The notes beneath the pieces are model-generated. The model saw only the letters and a list, made by a program, of their open reading frames with translations. It had not been told where the DNA came from and did not search any database. A DNA stretch of 64,000 nucleotides from an uncultured Candidatus Thioglobus sp. (GTDB taxonomy: Bacteria; Pseudomonadota; Gammaproteobacteria; PS1; Pseudothioglobaceae): positions 22,259-86,258 of the forward strand of contig CAJQSO010000019.1 of NCBI GenBank assembly GCA_905614365.1, in the 5' to 3' direction. Both the position numbers and the translations under genes were made by a program. This document shows positions 21,381 to 32,137 of this stretch, piece by piece (within the stretch, counting starts at the first letter, position 1; each line of letters opens with the position of its first letter).

Positions 21381-22121
21381 ATGGATAAGACTACTCACTT
21401 TGGCTATAAACAGGTCGATGTTGAAAAAAAACAAGGCCTAGTTAAGGGCGTATTTGACTCAGTTGCAGGCAAATATGATCTCATGAATGATGTCATGTCA
21501 ATGGGAACTCACCGATTATGGAAAAACTATACGATTTCTAGTAGTAATGTATCAGAAGGAGACCAAGTTCTTGATATAGCCGGGGGAACAGGTGATCTAG
21601 CTATAAAATTTAGAAAAAAAGTTGGTGAATCTGGAAAGGTTATCTTATCTGATATCAATGGCTCAATGCTTAATGAGGGTAGAAAAAATCTTTTAAATCA
21701 TGGAATTATTGACGTGGACTTTGTTCAAGCAAATGCTGAATCTCTTCCATTTGAAGACAATACATTTGATTGTGTAAGTATTGCCTTTGGCTTAAGAAAT
21801 GTAACGAATAAGGATATTGCACTTCAACAAATGCATCGTGTTTTAAAAAAGGGTGGTACATTGCTAATTTTAGAGTTTTCTAAGGTTGAGAATGAGATGC
21901 TGAAAAAAATATACGACTTATACTCTTTCAACGTTATACCAAAATTTGGCGAATTCTTTGCAAGTGATGAAGATAGTTATCAGTACCTTGCAGAATCAAT
22001 TCGCAAGCACCCTGATCAAGAAACACTAAAATCTATGACGCTTGATGCTGGGTTTGGTTTTTGCGAATATCACAATCTTACTGGCGGTATAGTAGCGCTT
22101 CATAAAGCAATCAAAACTTAA
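21381..22121 (+). CDS. ubiE: Ubiquinone/menaquinone C-methyltransferase
   Basis: [31 protein letters not shown]. Confidence 0.97.
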   Translation: MDKTTHFGYKQVDVEKKQGLVKGVFDSVAGKYDLMNDVMSMGTHRLWKNYTISSSNVSEGDQVLDIAGGTGDLAIKFRKKVGESGKVILSDINGSMLNEGRKNLLNHGIIDVDFVQANAESLPFEDNTFDCVSIAFGLRNVTNKDIALQQMHRVLKKGGTLLILEFSKVENEMLKKIYDLYSFNVIPKFGEFFASDEDSYQYLAESIRKHPDQETLKSMTLDAGFGFCEYHNLTGGIVALHKAIKT

Positions 22122-22126
22122 TTACT

Positions 22127-22645
22127 ATGTTTCGCCTTGCAATTGAAAAAGCCCTTAACCACATGATAAATGTTAATAATATTAACATAGATCGCCTCGA
22201 CAACAGTCTAGTTAGTTTGTATGTTGATGATATAGATTTAAAACTTTTTTTTCTGTGTCTAAATTCTCGCATTTTTGTCATAGAGAATACTGAGAACAAA
22301 GATGCTAACGTTGATATTACTCTCAACAAAAATGCCTTCCTATCTTTATTTAAAGGCACCTCCTTTGAAGATTTAATTGAAAGCGAAGATATTGAAATTA
22401 ATGGAAGCATTAAAACAGCGCAGCAATTGGCTGATTTATTTGCATTATCCTCTATAGATATGGAAGAACTTATTTCTCAATATACTGGGGACGTTATTGC
22501 TCATCAGCTTGGACGAACAATAGATAGAATTAAAGATGCTTCAGCTCAGGACAAGGATTCATTTATTGAGGGTTTAAAAAATGAATTTACCACTCTTTTG
22601 ATTGCTCCTAGTCGATCTAAATTTTTTAAAAAAAGAGCGTCCTAA
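22127..22645 (+). CDS. ubiJ: Ubiquinone biosynthesis accessory factor (SCP2 domain)
   Basis: Between ubiE and ubiB; DMEELISQYTGDVIAHQ motif. Confidence 0.8.
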   Translation: MFRLAIEKALNHMINVNNINIDRLDNSLVSLYVDDIDLKLFFLCLNSRIFVIENTENKDANVDITLNKNAFLSLFKGTSFEDLIESEDIEINGSIKTAQQLADLFALSSIDMEELISQYTGDVIAHQLGRTIDRIKDASAQDKDSFIEGLKNEFTTLLIAPSRSKFFKKRAS

Positions 22646-24250
22646 ATGAAAAGTTTTTTTCGCTTCCTTGGCATATCAAGAACTCTAATAAGATACCGAC
22701 TAGATCATCTTATATTATCTACTTCGCTTCTAAAAAGCCTCAAGCCACTAATTTATTTAACGCCATGGCATTATTTTCCAAGCAAAAAACTTAGTAGGGG
22801 TGAAAGAATTCGCCTTGCGCTTGAAGAATTAGGCCCAATTTTTATAAAATTTGGTCAAACACTTTCAACTCGAAGAGACCTTCTTCCAGAGGATATAGGT
22901 AATGAGTTGGCAAAACTTCAAGATAAATGCCCTCCCTTTCCAGCTAAAGACTCTAAATCAATTATTGAAAAAGCCCTTGATGCAAGCGTCACAACTTTAT
23001 TTGCATCTTTTGATGATGAGCCCTTAGCTTCAGCATCTATTGCACAGGTTCATAGCGCGATTACTCATAATAATGAAGAAATTATTATTAAGGTTGTTCG
23101 ACCAGGAATAGAAAAACAAATTAAAAGAGATATTCGCTTACTTTATGCCTTTGCAGGCTTAGCTGAAAAACATCCTGACGGTAAAAGACTGAGGCCAAGA
23201 GAGGCAGTTGCTGAATTTGAAACTATCATTTATAACGAACTAAATATGATGGTTGAGGCAGCTAATGCATCCCTACTGAGAAAGAACTTTAGTGATTCCA
23301 ACCTTCTTTATGTCCCAAAAGTTCACTGGGATTATTGCCGTTCAAACATACTGGTAACTGAGCGCATTTATGGAACTCCAGTTACTAATATTGAGGCCTT
23401 AAAAAGTACTGATACAAACCTTCAAACTCTCGCTGAAAATGGTGTGGTGATTTTCTTCACTCAAGTGTTCGATCATAATTTTTTCCACGCTGATATGCAC
23501 CCAGGAAATATTTTTGTTGGAGAAAATGATCAATATATTGGTGTTGATTTTGGAATTATGGGTACTCTAACAGAAGCTGATCAATACTATCTTGCTCAAA
23601 ACTTTTTAGCTTTTTTCAATCAGGACTATAAAAAAGTCGCTCAAGTCCACCTTGAGTCAGGCTGGATACCAGAAGGAACTAATGTCTTAGAGTTTGAAAA
23701 TGCAATTCGAAGTGTTTGTGAGCCGATATTTCAAAAACCCTTAAGCGAAATTTCTTTTGGTCAAGTTTTATTAAGCCTATTAAAAGAGGCCAAACGTTTT
23801 GACATGGAAGTTCAGCCTCAACTTCTTCTACTTTATAAAACATTACTAAACATTGAAGGATTAGGGCGAACTCTATACCCTGAACTTGATCTATGGGCAA
23901 CGGCAAAACCTTACCTTGAGAAGCTTGCCAAAGACAAATATAGCTTTAAAAACATAACTAAAAAAATCTCTGATCAACTTCCTGAGCTTATTTTAGAATT
24001 ACCGCAAATCCCTATGTTAGTAATTAATGCTTTAAAACAAATTGAAAAAGGCTCACTTCAACAAGAAAATTCAAAAAAACAAACAGAGGCAATTCTCGCT
24101 CAACTTCGAGAAAACTCACTAAAGGAGCGTGCGACTATTATTGCAATATCACTTCTTGTACTCACAGGGTTTCTTGCAACTCAATCAATTTGGACTTATG
24201 CTGGGGTAAGTGTATTTTTCAGCCTTATCTTCTGGCTTAAATCGCGCTAA
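22646..24250 (+). CDS. ubiB: Ubiquinone biosynthesis kinase-like protein
   Basis: LGPIFIKFGQ, ASASIAQVH, FFHADMHPGN, DFGI. Confidence 0.97.
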   Translation: MKSFFRFLGISRTLIRYRLDHLILSTSLLKSLKPLIYLTPWHYFPSKKLSRGERIRLALEELGPIFIKFGQTLSTRRDLLPEDIGNELAKLQDKCPPFPAKDSKSIIEKALDASVTTLFASFDDEPLASASIAQVHSAITHNNEEIIIKVVRPGIEKQIKRDIRLLYAFAGLAEKHPDGKRLRPREAVAEFETIIYNELNMMVEAANASLLRKNFSDSNLLYVPKVHWDYCRSNILVTERIYGTPVTNIEALKSTDTNLQTLAENGVVIFFTQVFDHNFFHADMHPGNIFVGENDQYIGVDFGIMGTLTEADQYYLAQNFLAFFNQDYKKVAQVHLESGWIPEGTNVLEFENAIRSVCEPIFQKPLSEISFGQVLLSLLKEAKRFDMEVQPQLLLLYKTLLNIEGLGRTLYPELDLWATAKPYLEKLAKDKYSFKNITKKISDQLPELILELPQIPMLVINALKQIEKGSLQQENSKKQTEAILAQLRENSLKERATIIAISLLVLTGFLATQSIWTYAGVSVFFSLIFWLKSR

Positions 24251-24288
24251 AAACTTATTAAGACTTATAAATTAGCAATTATATAGAT

Positions 24289-24684
24289 TTAGTCGTCTAA
24301 TAAAAAAGTTGGCATTTTGTAGTACATATCAACTGAGCTATCTGTTCTTTTTACTTTTTCTTCAGAGTCATACTCCCAACAATTAACTGATGTAATCATT
24401 GCATTTCTAGATAAAACTAAAACTTCGCTAAATGGAGGGGTTACCTTGCCCTTTGAAACCTTAATAGACTTATCATTTTTATCATAAATAGCACATTTAA
24501 CATTTTTAGCTTCATTAGCACTAATGAGGATAGAAGTGCTATCGGTTAGTTCTTTCCTCTCAAAATAAAAATTCTCAACTTGAATTCCATTAGACTCGCC
24601 ATCAATAGTAGTCATCATATTAATCTCATCAGCAGAAATGGAGTAAGGCACTAAAAGAAGACCAATTAGGAATAGTTTTTTCAT
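24289..24684 (-). CDS. Hypothetical secreted protein
   Basis: Sec signal MKKLFLIGLLLVPYSISA; two Cys; no family recognised. Confidence 0.65.
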   Translation of the reverse strand: MKKLFLIGLLLVPYSISADEINMMTTIDGESNGIQVENFYFERKELTDSTSILISANEAKNVKCAIYDKNDKSIKVSKGKVTPPFSEVLVLSRNAMITSVNCWEYDSEEKVKRTDSSVDMYYKMPTFLLDD

Positions 24685-24751
24685 AAGTACGATAGTCTAG
24701 AAAATTTAATGTGGATTAGGGGTTCTTTAAATCAAGACTCGATTAAGCTAA

Positions 24752-25141
24752 TCAGCCATTAATATTTCCTGATATCTCTCCATTTTCCAAAATATACTCT
24801 GCCGCTCTTAAGCCATCTTCATAAAAAATAGATTTACCATTAAGAACGCCATTCTTATATTCTTGCTCAGACTCCAAGAGGCCATCTTCATTCCAGGCAG
24901 TAAGAGTACCTTCAAGTTCATTATTTTCATAAAAACCCTCTGAAGCTTTTTTTCCATTCTCATACCAATAAGTTAGAGTACCTTCAAGTTCATTATTTTC
25001 ATAAAAACCCTCTGAAGCTTTTTTTCCATTCTCATACCAATAAGTTTCTCTACCATTTTTAATGCCATCTTTATACGTTGTCTCTAGCTTCATGCCATTA
25101 TCTAAATGTTCAGTTTGTAATCCATTTGTATTTTTATTCAT
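24752..25141 (-). CDS. MORN-variant repeat protein (YwqK-like)
   Basis: Repeated WYENGKKASEGFYENNELEG and YKNGVLNG units. Confidence 0.85.
   Translation of the reverse strand: MNKNTNGLQTEHLDNGMKLETTYKDGIKNGRETYWYENGKKASEGFYENNELEGTLTYWYENGKKASEGFYENNELEGTLTAWNEDGLLESEQEYKNGVLNGKSIFYEDGLRAAEYILENGEISGNING
24903..25046. repeat. Exact 72-bp tandem duplication
   Basis: 24903-24974 is identical to 24975-25046; encodes one 24-aa MORN-type unit twice. Confidence 0.95.
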
Positions 25142-25247
25142 TGTGAGATTATATTTGATTTTGCCTCAAAGTCCAAATTTCGTTTGATGCCTGAGTGGCC
25201 CCCAATGATGACTACAGCAAAAGAAATTCGGGTAAAATGATGCTCCA

Positions 25248-25270
25248 GCCTATCTGGTCGCAAGACAGGC
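25248..25270 (+). promoter_or_regulatory. rplY (L25) leader hairpin
   Basis: GCCTATCT-GGTCGCA-AGACAGGC stem-loop; the GGTCGC motif is typical of gammaproteobacterial L25 leaders. Confidence 0.6.
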
Positions 25271-25324
25271 ATTGTTGGTTACATCACTGAACGTAGTGTT
25301 TTTTTATTTATTGGAGAACTCAAA

Positions 25325-26017
25325 ATGAGTATTATTGTAAACGCATTAGAGCGTAAAGATCAAGGGAAAGGTGCGAGCCGCCGCTTGAGAAAAGAAGAAA
25401 GAGTACCAGGAATTGTTTATGGCGGAACTAAAGCCCCACAGATGTTAACACTAAACATTCATGAAATCACTCACTTACTAGAAGATGAAAATACATTCAC
25501 TTCTTTATTAGACTTGATGGTGGACAAGTCAAAAGAATCTGTCATTCTAAAAGACATTCAGCGTCATCCTGCAAAGAATACTGTTCAACATATGGATTTT
25601 TTACGCGTAGACGCAAAACATGCTCTTATTACAATGACTCCATTACACTTTATTGGAATGGATGATAATGAGGCATTAAGACTTGGAAATATGCTGAATC
25701 AATTTGTTGTTTCAGTTGAAATTTCATGCCTACCTCAAGACCTTCCAAATGGTATTGATGTAGATGTTACCAGCCTTGAGATTGGTGATCATCTAACGCT
25801 AACTAATCTTGTCTTACCTAAAGGAGTTGTAATTACTTCACTTCAACACGAGGATGTTGAGGCGCATGATCAAACTGTATGTTCTGTCTCAGAACCTAAA
25901 GTTATTGTAGAGGAAGAGGAAGAGAGCTTGGAATCTGGTGATTCTGAAGCAGAAGGCGAAGAAGGCCAATCTGATGAAGGCTCTGAAGATTCAAAAGATG
26001 GTGACGACAAAGAATAA
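25325..26017 (+). CDS. rplY: 50S ribosomal protein bL25/Ctc (long form)
   Basis: GKGASRRLR, VPGIVYGG, DIQRHP, HMDFLRV; acidic tail. Confidence 0.96.
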   Translation: MSIIVNALERKDQGKGASRRLRKEERVPGIVYGGTKAPQMLTLNIHEITHLLEDENTFTSLLDLMVDKSKESVILKDIQRHPAKNTVQHMDFLRVDAKHALITMTPLHFIGMDDNEALRLGNMLNQFVVSVEISCLPQDLPNGIDVDVTSLEIGDHLTLTNLVLPKGVVITSLQHEDVEAHDQTVCSVSEPKVIVEEEEESLESGDSEAEGEEGQSDEGSEDSKDGDDKE

Positions 26018-26066
26018 AATGTTGCCAGCCTTATTTACTCAATAAGCACTTAAACGAAGCGTTGTA

Positions 26067-26636
26067 ATGATTAAATTAATTGTTGGACTGGGAAACCCAG
26101 GAAAAGAATATCAAGGACATCGTCACAACGCCGGCTTTTGGTTTGTTGAATCATTAGCTAGCGCGTTGGGCTCAAAATTTAATGGTCAGTCTAAGTTTCT
26201 AGGAGAAACTTCAACTATTAACCTTAGCTCTAAAAAAGTTCACCTTCTCAAGCCTCAGACATTTATGAATAATTCTGGTGGCTCTATTAAAAGCTATTCG
26301 AGTTATTACAATATTGAACCTGAAGAGATCCTAGTGATTCATGATGAGCTTGATTTACCTGTTGGCTCAGTCAAACTAAAACTAGGTGGAGGACATGGAG
26401 GGCATAACGGCCTACGTGACACGATTAAAGCACTTGATACGAATAATTTTTATCGCCTGAGAATGGGAATAGGTCATCCAGGCTCAAAAAATGATGTTGT
26501 AGATTTTGTTTTGAACGCTCCTGCTAGCTCTGAATTAAAACTAATTGAACAAGGAATGACAGAGGCATCAGGGATTATTGAAATGTTAGCTAATGGTGAT
26601 TTTGATAAGGCTATGAAGGCCCTTCATTCCCTATAA
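26067..26636 (+). CDS. pth: Peptidyl-tRNA hydrolase
   Basis: LIVGLGNPG, RHNAGF, HDELD, GGHNGL. Confidence 0.98.
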   Translation: MIKLIVGLGNPGKEYQGHRHNAGFWFVESLASALGSKFNGQSKFLGETSTINLSSKKVHLLKPQTFMNNSGGSIKSYSSYYNIEPEEILVIHDELDLPVGSVKLKLGGGHGGHNGLRDTIKALDTNNFYRLRMGIGHPGSKNDVVDFVLNAPASSELKLIEQGMTEASGIIEMLANGDFDKAMKALHSL

Positions 26637-26648
26637 TGGAGCACGAAG

Positions 26649-27740
26649 ATGGGATTTAAATGTGGTATTGTTGGGCTTCCAAATGTAGGCAAATCAACAC
26701 TTTTTAATGCGCTAACAATGGCAGGTATAGATTCAGAAAATTACCCTTTTTGTACGATTGAGCCAAACGTTGGTATTGTGCCTATTAATGATCCTCGATT
26801 ACAGGGATTAGCAAACATCGTTACTCCAGAAAAAATCCTACCGACCACGATGGAGTTTGTAGATATTGCAGGGTTGGTTGAAGGTGCTTCAAAAGGCGAA
26901 GGATTGGGAAATCAATTTCTTTCAAATATTCGTGAAACAGATGCAATCCTTCACGTTGTTCGATGCTTTGAAAATGATGACATCATTCATGTTTCAAATA
27001 AAGTTGATCCACTTGATGACATAGAGACAATTAATACTGAGCTTGCGTTAGCTGATCTTTTCAGCGCTGAAAAAGCCTACCAAAAAGCCATAAAAAACTC
27101 CAAATCAGGGCAAAAAGAAGGATTGCCTTTAAAAAATTTACTTGAGAAAATCTTACCAACCCTTGAAGAAGGTAATGCAATTAGATCCCTTGACTTTAAT
27201 GAGGAAGAGGAAAAGCTAGTTAAAGGGCTTCAATTACTTACTTCAAAGCCTGTTCTTTATGTTGCCAATGTTAGTGAGAATGGCTTTAAAAACAATCCAC
27301 ATTTATCTGCCTTAACAAACTATGCAGATAATGAAAATAGTCAAGTTGTTGCTGTATGTGCTGATATTGAGTCTGAAATCGCTGAGCTTGATGATGAAGA
27401 TAAGCAGGGGTTTTTAGATGAAATGGGGCAATCTGAATCTGGACTTGATCGCCTAATTAAAGCTGGATATAGCTTATTGGGTCTTCAAACATATTTTACT
27501 GCAGGTGTTAAAGAGGTTAGAGCTTGGACAATAAATATTGGAGATTCGGCTCCAATGGCGGCGGGTAAAATACATGGTGACTTTGAAAAAGGCTTTATAA
27601 GGGCTGAAACGATTTCTTATGATGACTTTATTGAATATAAAGGCGAAAAAGGCTCAAAAGATGCCGGCAAGTTACGCTCGGAAGGAAAGGAATATATTGT
27701 TAAAGATGGTGATGTAGTTCACTTTTTATTTAATGTATAA
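26649..27740 (+). CDS. ychF: Redox-regulated ATPase YchF
   Basis: [36 protein letters not shown]. Confidence 0.98.
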   Translation: MGFKCGIVGLPNVGKSTLFNALTMAGIDSENYPFCTIEPNVGIVPINDPRLQGLANIVTPEKILPTTMEFVDIAGLVEGASKGEGLGNQFLSNIRETDAILHVVRCFENDDIIHVSNKVDPLDDIETINTELALADLFSAEKAYQKAIKNSKSGQKEGLPLKNLLEKILPTLEEGNAIRSLDFNEEEEKLVKGLQLLTSKPVLYVANVSENGFKNNPHLSALTNYADNENSQVVAVCADIESEIAELDDEDKQGFLDEMGQSESGLDRLIKAGYSLLGLQTYFTAGVKEVRAWTINIGDSAPMAAGKIHGDFEKGFIRAETISYDDFIEYKGEKGSKDAGKLRSEGKEYIVKDGDVVHFLFNV

Positions 27741-27754
27741 CTATTAATTTTCTA

Positions 27755-29281
27755 ATGAAAAATACAAAATTACTATTAATTTTAGATGGTTGGGGCTACT
27801 CAAAAAACTCTGAAAATAATGCTATAGTAATGGCTCACACTCCTAACTGGGATAATCTTATTGATGAATATCCTAATACGTTAATTGGAACATCTGGAAA
27901 AAGTGTTGGACTACCTGAGGGCCAAATGGGCAATTCAGAAGTAGGTCACTTAACAATTGGGGCAGGAAGAATTGTTGAGCAAGATTTCACCAGAATAGGT
28001 AATGACATTAAAAGTGGCGCTTTCTTCAGTAATAAAAATCTGTGCAAAACACTTGAAGCTGCTAAGGCTAATAATAAAGCAGTACATATTCTTGGACTCC
28101 TATCTGATGGAGGGGTTCACTCTCATCAAGACCATATTTTCGCTGCGCTTAAGCTAGCAAAACAAAAGGGCTGCGAGGAGGTTTATTTTCATGTCTTTAC
28201 TGATGGACGTGATACGCCACCAAACAGTGCTTTACAATTTATTGAGCTGTTGGAATTAAAAATCTCTGAACTAAAAGTAGGAAAGATTGTTTCAGTAGTA
28301 GGTAGATTTTATGCAATGGATCGAGACAATCGCTGGGAAAGAGTTTCAAAAGCCTATGAACTAATCTCTTCTGGAAAAGGTGATCGAAAAGTAGGTTCTG
28401 CGAAAGATGCAATTCAAATGGCCTATGAAGAAGGCGAAAATGATGAGTTTATTGCCCCTACAGTTATTGGTGAGCCTGTAAGAATTAATAATGGTGATGC
28501 AGTAATCTTTATGAATTATCGAGCAGACCGTGCAAGAGAAATAACACAAGCCTTAACCTCAGAAATATTTGATGGTTTTGATAGAAAAACTTACAAAAAC
28601 TGCAATTTTATTTGTCTTACAGAATACAAAAAAGACTTTAACCTTAAGTGTGCTTATCTGCCAATATCTATTGATAACACTCTTGGCTACTATATTTCAA
28701 GCCTTGGTTTTAGTCAGCTTAGAATTGCTGAAACTGAAAAATATGCGCATGTCACCTTTTTCTTTAATGGAGGCGTTGAGGCAATACTTCCTGGAGAAGA
28801 AAGAAAACTTATTCAATCTCCTGATGTAAAAACGTATGATTTAAAACCAGAAATGAGTGCGTATGAATTAACTGAAAATCTTATTTCAGCACTTCAGTCT
28901 CGAAAACATAAGCTAGTTGTCTGTAATTTTGCCAATACAGATATGGTCGGACATACTGGGAACCTTGAGGCTGCGATTAAAGCTGTTGAAGCAGTTGATA
29001 GTTGTTTAGGAAAAATTCACCAGGCATGTCTGGAGTCTGAGACTGAAATACTCATTACTGCGGACCATGGAAATGTAGAACAAATGCTAGATCCTGAAAC
29101 ACAAAAAAACCATACTGCGCATACAACAAATCCTGTTCCATTAATTTATGTTGGGAAAAGGAAAAGCTCCCTAATAGGCCCACATATTGGTACACTGGCC
29201 GACCTAGCGCCAACACTTTTGGAGCTCATGGAAATTGAACAACCAAAAGAAATGACAGGCCAAAGCCTTTTTAAAGAATAA
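27755..29281 (+). CDS. gpmI: 2,3-BPG-independent phosphoglycerate mutase
   Basis: LILDGWG, MGNSEVGH, DGRDT, AETEKYAHVTFF, ADHGN. Confidence 0.98.
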   Translation: MKNTKLLLILDGWGYSKNSENNAIVMAHTPNWDNLIDEYPNTLIGTSGKSVGLPEGQMGNSEVGHLTIGAGRIVEQDFTRIGNDIKSGAFFSNKNLCKTLEAAKANNKAVHILGLLSDGGVHSHQDHIFAALKLAKQKGCEEVYFHVFTDGRDTPPNSALQFIELLELKISELKVGKIVSVVGRFYAMDRDNRWERVSKAYELISSGKGDRKVGSAKDAIQMAYEEGENDEFIAPTVIGEPVRINNGDAVIFMNYRADRAREITQALTSEIFDGFDRKTYKNCNFICLTEYKKDFNLKCAYLPISIDNTLGYYISSLGFSQLRIAETEKYAHVTFFFNGGVEAILPGEERKLIQSPDVKTYDLKPEMSAYELTENLISALQSRKHKLVVCNFANTDMVGHTGNLEAAIKAVEAVDSCLGKIHQACLESETEILITADHGNVEQMLDPETQKNHTAHTTNPVPLIYVGKRKSSLIGPHIGTLADLAPTLLELMEIEQPKEMTGQSLFKE

Positions 29282-29293
29282 ACGGAGACTAAA

Positions 29294-29968
29294 ATGAAGC
29301 AACAAAACTTTATCGCACCCTCAATACTTGCAGCAGATTTTGCTAAACTTGGAGAAGAGGTTGATAATGTCTTAGTTGCTGGTGCTGATATTGTTCATTT
29401 TGATGTTATGGATAATCACTATGTACCAAACCTAACAATTGGGCCTTTAGTTTGTGAGGCACTTAGAAACCATGGTGTAACTGCACCGATCGATGTCCAT
29501 TTAATGGTCAAACCAGTTGACAGAATTATTCCTGACTTTGCAAAAGCGGGTGCTTCTTACATCACGTTTCATCCCGAAGCATCTGAACATATAGACCGGA
29601 CAATAGGACTTATAAAAGAAAATGGCTGCAAAGCAGGTTTAGTTTTTAACCCAGCAACCTCACTTCACTATTTAGAGCACGTCATTGATCAACTCGATAT
29701 GATACTTCTGATGTCAGTAAATCCAGGATTTGGAGGCCAGTCTTTTATAGCCTCAACTTTAGATAAATTGACAATTGTCAGAAAGTTAATTGATGAAAGA
29801 GGTCTCAGCACAAGACTTGAAGTTGATGGTGGCATTAAAGTTGACAACATTCAAGAAATTGCAGCAGCTGGTGCAGATACATTTGTCGCTGGGTCAGCAA
29901 TTTTTAATACTGAAAATTACAAATCAACGATTGACAAAATGCGCGAAGAACTTTCTTTAGTTAAATAG
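29294..29968 (+). CDS. rpe: Ribulose-phosphate 3-epimerase
   Basis: [37 protein letters not shown]. Confidence 0.98.
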   Translation: MKQQNFIAPSILAADFAKLGEEVDNVLVAGADIVHFDVMDNHYVPNLTIGPLVCEALRNHGVTAPIDVHLMVKPVDRIIPDFAKAGASYITFHPEASEHIDRTIGLIKENGCKAGLVFNPATSLHYLEHVIDQLDMILLMSVNPGFGGQSFIASTLDKLTIVRKLIDERGLSTRLEVDGGIKVDNIQEIAAAGADTFVAGSAIFNTENYKSTIDKMREELSLVK

Positions 29969-30044
29969 CCATTCAGAAAAAATTTAGACAATCTCAATAG
30001 CCAGTTGTGAGAAAATATTGTCTTTGTTTTTAAACTGAGCATTT

Positions 30045-31346
30045 ATGGGAAAGTCATCCTTTTTTGGTCCTGAAACAATATCTTTGCATTCTGGTTATCA
30101 ACCAGAACCGTCTTTTGGAAGCAGAGCTGTTCCTATATACCAAACCACTTCTTATGTTTTCGATACAGTTGATGATGCTGCGGCTCTTTTCAACATTGAA
30201 GAAGGTGGTCACATATATAGCCGAATGACTAATCCAACGGTAGCGGTTCTAGAGCAGCGAATTGCTGCACTTGAAGGCGGCGTAGGTGCTATTTGTACTG
30301 CCTCAGGCATGAGTGCACTTTTTGTTACTTTTATGAGCCTTTGTTCTGCTGGAGATCACATTGTGAGCGCGTCACAAATTTATGGCTCAACAGCAACACT
30401 TCTAAAGCACACTCTTAAAAGGTTTGGTATAGAGTGCACCTTCGTTTCTATAAATGATGAAAAAGCACTAAAAGCGGCAATACAAGAAAACACTAAACTT
30501 GTATTTTGCGAATCAATAGGGAATCCTGGGCTTGAGGTTTCCGACCTTCCTAAAATTGCTAAAATTGCTCATCAAAATCACTTGCCACTTGTTATAGATG
30601 CTACTTTTGCAACGCCTGTGTTATGCAAACCTTTGGAGCACGGCGTTGATGTTGTTGTTCACTCAGTCACTAAATGGATCGGTGGTCATGGAGTTGCTGT
30701 TGGAGGTGTAATTGTCGATGGCGGATCTTTTGACTGGGGGTCTAGTAAAAAACACCCAACGCTAACAACGCCTTATGAACCATTTCATGGTATAAACTTT
30801 TGGGAAGAATTTGGTCCATCTGCCCTATCGATGAGAATTAGAGCAGAATCAATGCGTGACTTTGGTCCAGCAATGAGTCCTCATAGTGCATTTTTATTTC
30901 TTCAGGGAATAGAAACTCTCACTCTTAGAATGAACCAGCATGTCAAAAATGCGCTTAAGCTTGCTAAGTGGCTCCTAGAACAATCGGCTGTTATGTGGGT
31001 TAACCACCCAGATTTGCCCGAAAATCCAACTTACGAAATTGCTCAAAAGCTATTTCCAAATGGTGCTGGCTCTATGCTTTGCTTTGGAGTTAAAGGTGGT
31101 AGAGAAGGTGGTGCGGCATTTATCAATGCACTAAAACTATCATCGAATTTAGCAAATGTTGGTGATTCAAGAACCTTAGTTCTTCATCCAGCTAGTACGA
31201 CGCACTCGCGCCTTGATGACGAAGCAATGAAAGCAGCTGGAAGTAGCGCTGACTTGATACGCGTGTCTGTTGGAATAGAATCTGTAGCAGATATTATTAA
31301 TGACTTTAAATCTGGCCTTAAAGCAGTAGAAAAGGCAACTTCATAA
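30045..31346 (+). CDS. metY: O-acetylhomoserine aminocarboxypropyltransferase (MetY family)
   Basis: PIYQTTSY, YSRMTNPT, PLP Lys in HSVTKWIGGHG, LANVGDSRTLVLHPASTTH. Confidence 0.9.
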   Translation: MGKSSFFGPETISLHSGYQPEPSFGSRAVPIYQTTSYVFDTVDDAAALFNIEEGGHIYSRMTNPTVAVLEQRIAALEGGVGAICTASGMSALFVTFMSLCSAGDHIVSASQIYGSTATLLKHTLKRFGIECTFVSINDEKALKAAIQENTKLVFCESIGNPGLEVSDLPKIAKIAHQNHLPLVIDATFATPVLCKPLEHGVDVVVHSVTKWIGGHGVAVGGVIVDGGSFDWGSSKKHPTLTTPYEPFHGINFWEEFGPSALSMRIRAESMRDFGPAMSPHSAFLFLQGIETLTLRMNQHVKNALKLAKWLLEQSAVMWVNHPDLPENPTYEIAQKLFPNGAGSMLCFGVKGGREGGAAFINALKLSSNLANVGDSRTLVLHPASTTHSRLDDEAMKAAGSSADLIRVSVGIESVADIINDFKSGLKAVEKATS

Positions 31347-32137
31347 TGAATATCGTTATTGATGGAGATAATATCTTTGCAGCTACTGGTGGCTGTGCAT
31401 TTGACCCTAAAAAACCAACTGTAGTATTTGTTCATGGAAGTGGTCTAGACCACAGATCTTGGGCCCTTCAAGCGAGATGGTTTGCTTTTCATGGTTTTTC
31501 AGTATTCGCACCTGACCTTCCTGGTCATAGTCTTTCGGAAGGCATGCCTTTAAAAACAATTGAAGAGATGGGTAAATGGCTCGTAAAAACTCTTAAATTA
31601 GCGGGATGTGAGTCTATACATCTTGTTGGACATTCTCAAGGATTTCTTGTTGCTTTAGAGGCAGCTAGCTCTTTAGGGTCAAAACTAAAAACATTAACCG
31701 CTGTTGCAACTGCTGCATCAATACCTGTTAATGAATCTCTAGTTGAAGCGGCTAAAAAAACACCTATTGATGCAGCCGATATGTTGCTCAAATGGGGGTT
31801 TGGCTCTCAATCACAATCAGGCAGTAGTGCTGTACCAGGCATGCAGCCTATAGGGATTGGCCGACAAATAATGGTTAATAATCCTTTAGCAGAAGATCTT
31901 ATTGCTTGCACTGAATATAAAAATGGCATAAATTGTGCTAAAGAAATTAACACTCCGTCTAATGTTATTGTCGCAACAGAAGACAAAAATACACCTCTTA
32001 AGTTCGGCTTAGAATTAGCTAAGCTACTCAATGCTGAAACCACAACTATTGCTAATGCTGGCCACATGCTACCAATAGAGTCTCCAAAAGATACTCTAAA
32101 AGCCATTAAATCATTCATTTTAAAAAACTCTTCATGA
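31346..32137 (+). CDS. Alpha/beta hydrolase
   Basis: FVHGSG, DLPGH, GHSQG elbow, GHML; stop/start overlap with metY. Confidence 0.88.
   Translation: MNIVIDGDNIFAATGGCAFDPKKPTVVFVHGSGLDHRSWALQARWFAFHGFSVFAPDLPGHSLSEGMPLKTIEEMGKWLVKTLKLAGCESIHLVGHSQGFLVALEAASSLGSKLKTLTAVATAASIPVNESLVEAAKKTPIDAADMLLKWGFGSQSQSGSSAVPGMQPIGIGRQIMVNNPLAEDLIACTEYKNGINCAKEINTPSNVIVATEDKNTPLKFGLELAKLLNAETTTIANAGHMLPIESPKDTLKAIKSFILKNSS

Noticed and set aside
24752-25141. YwqK-type toxin-antitoxin system
   Set aside because: That label reflects generic MORN-variant repeats; no toxin-like neighbour is present
29986-30023. Hairpin AGACAAT-CTCA...TGAG...ATTGTCT upstream of metY as a SAM riboswitch
   Set aside because: It lacks the conserved SAM-I/II/V cores; more likely a terminator or operator, and not supportable further
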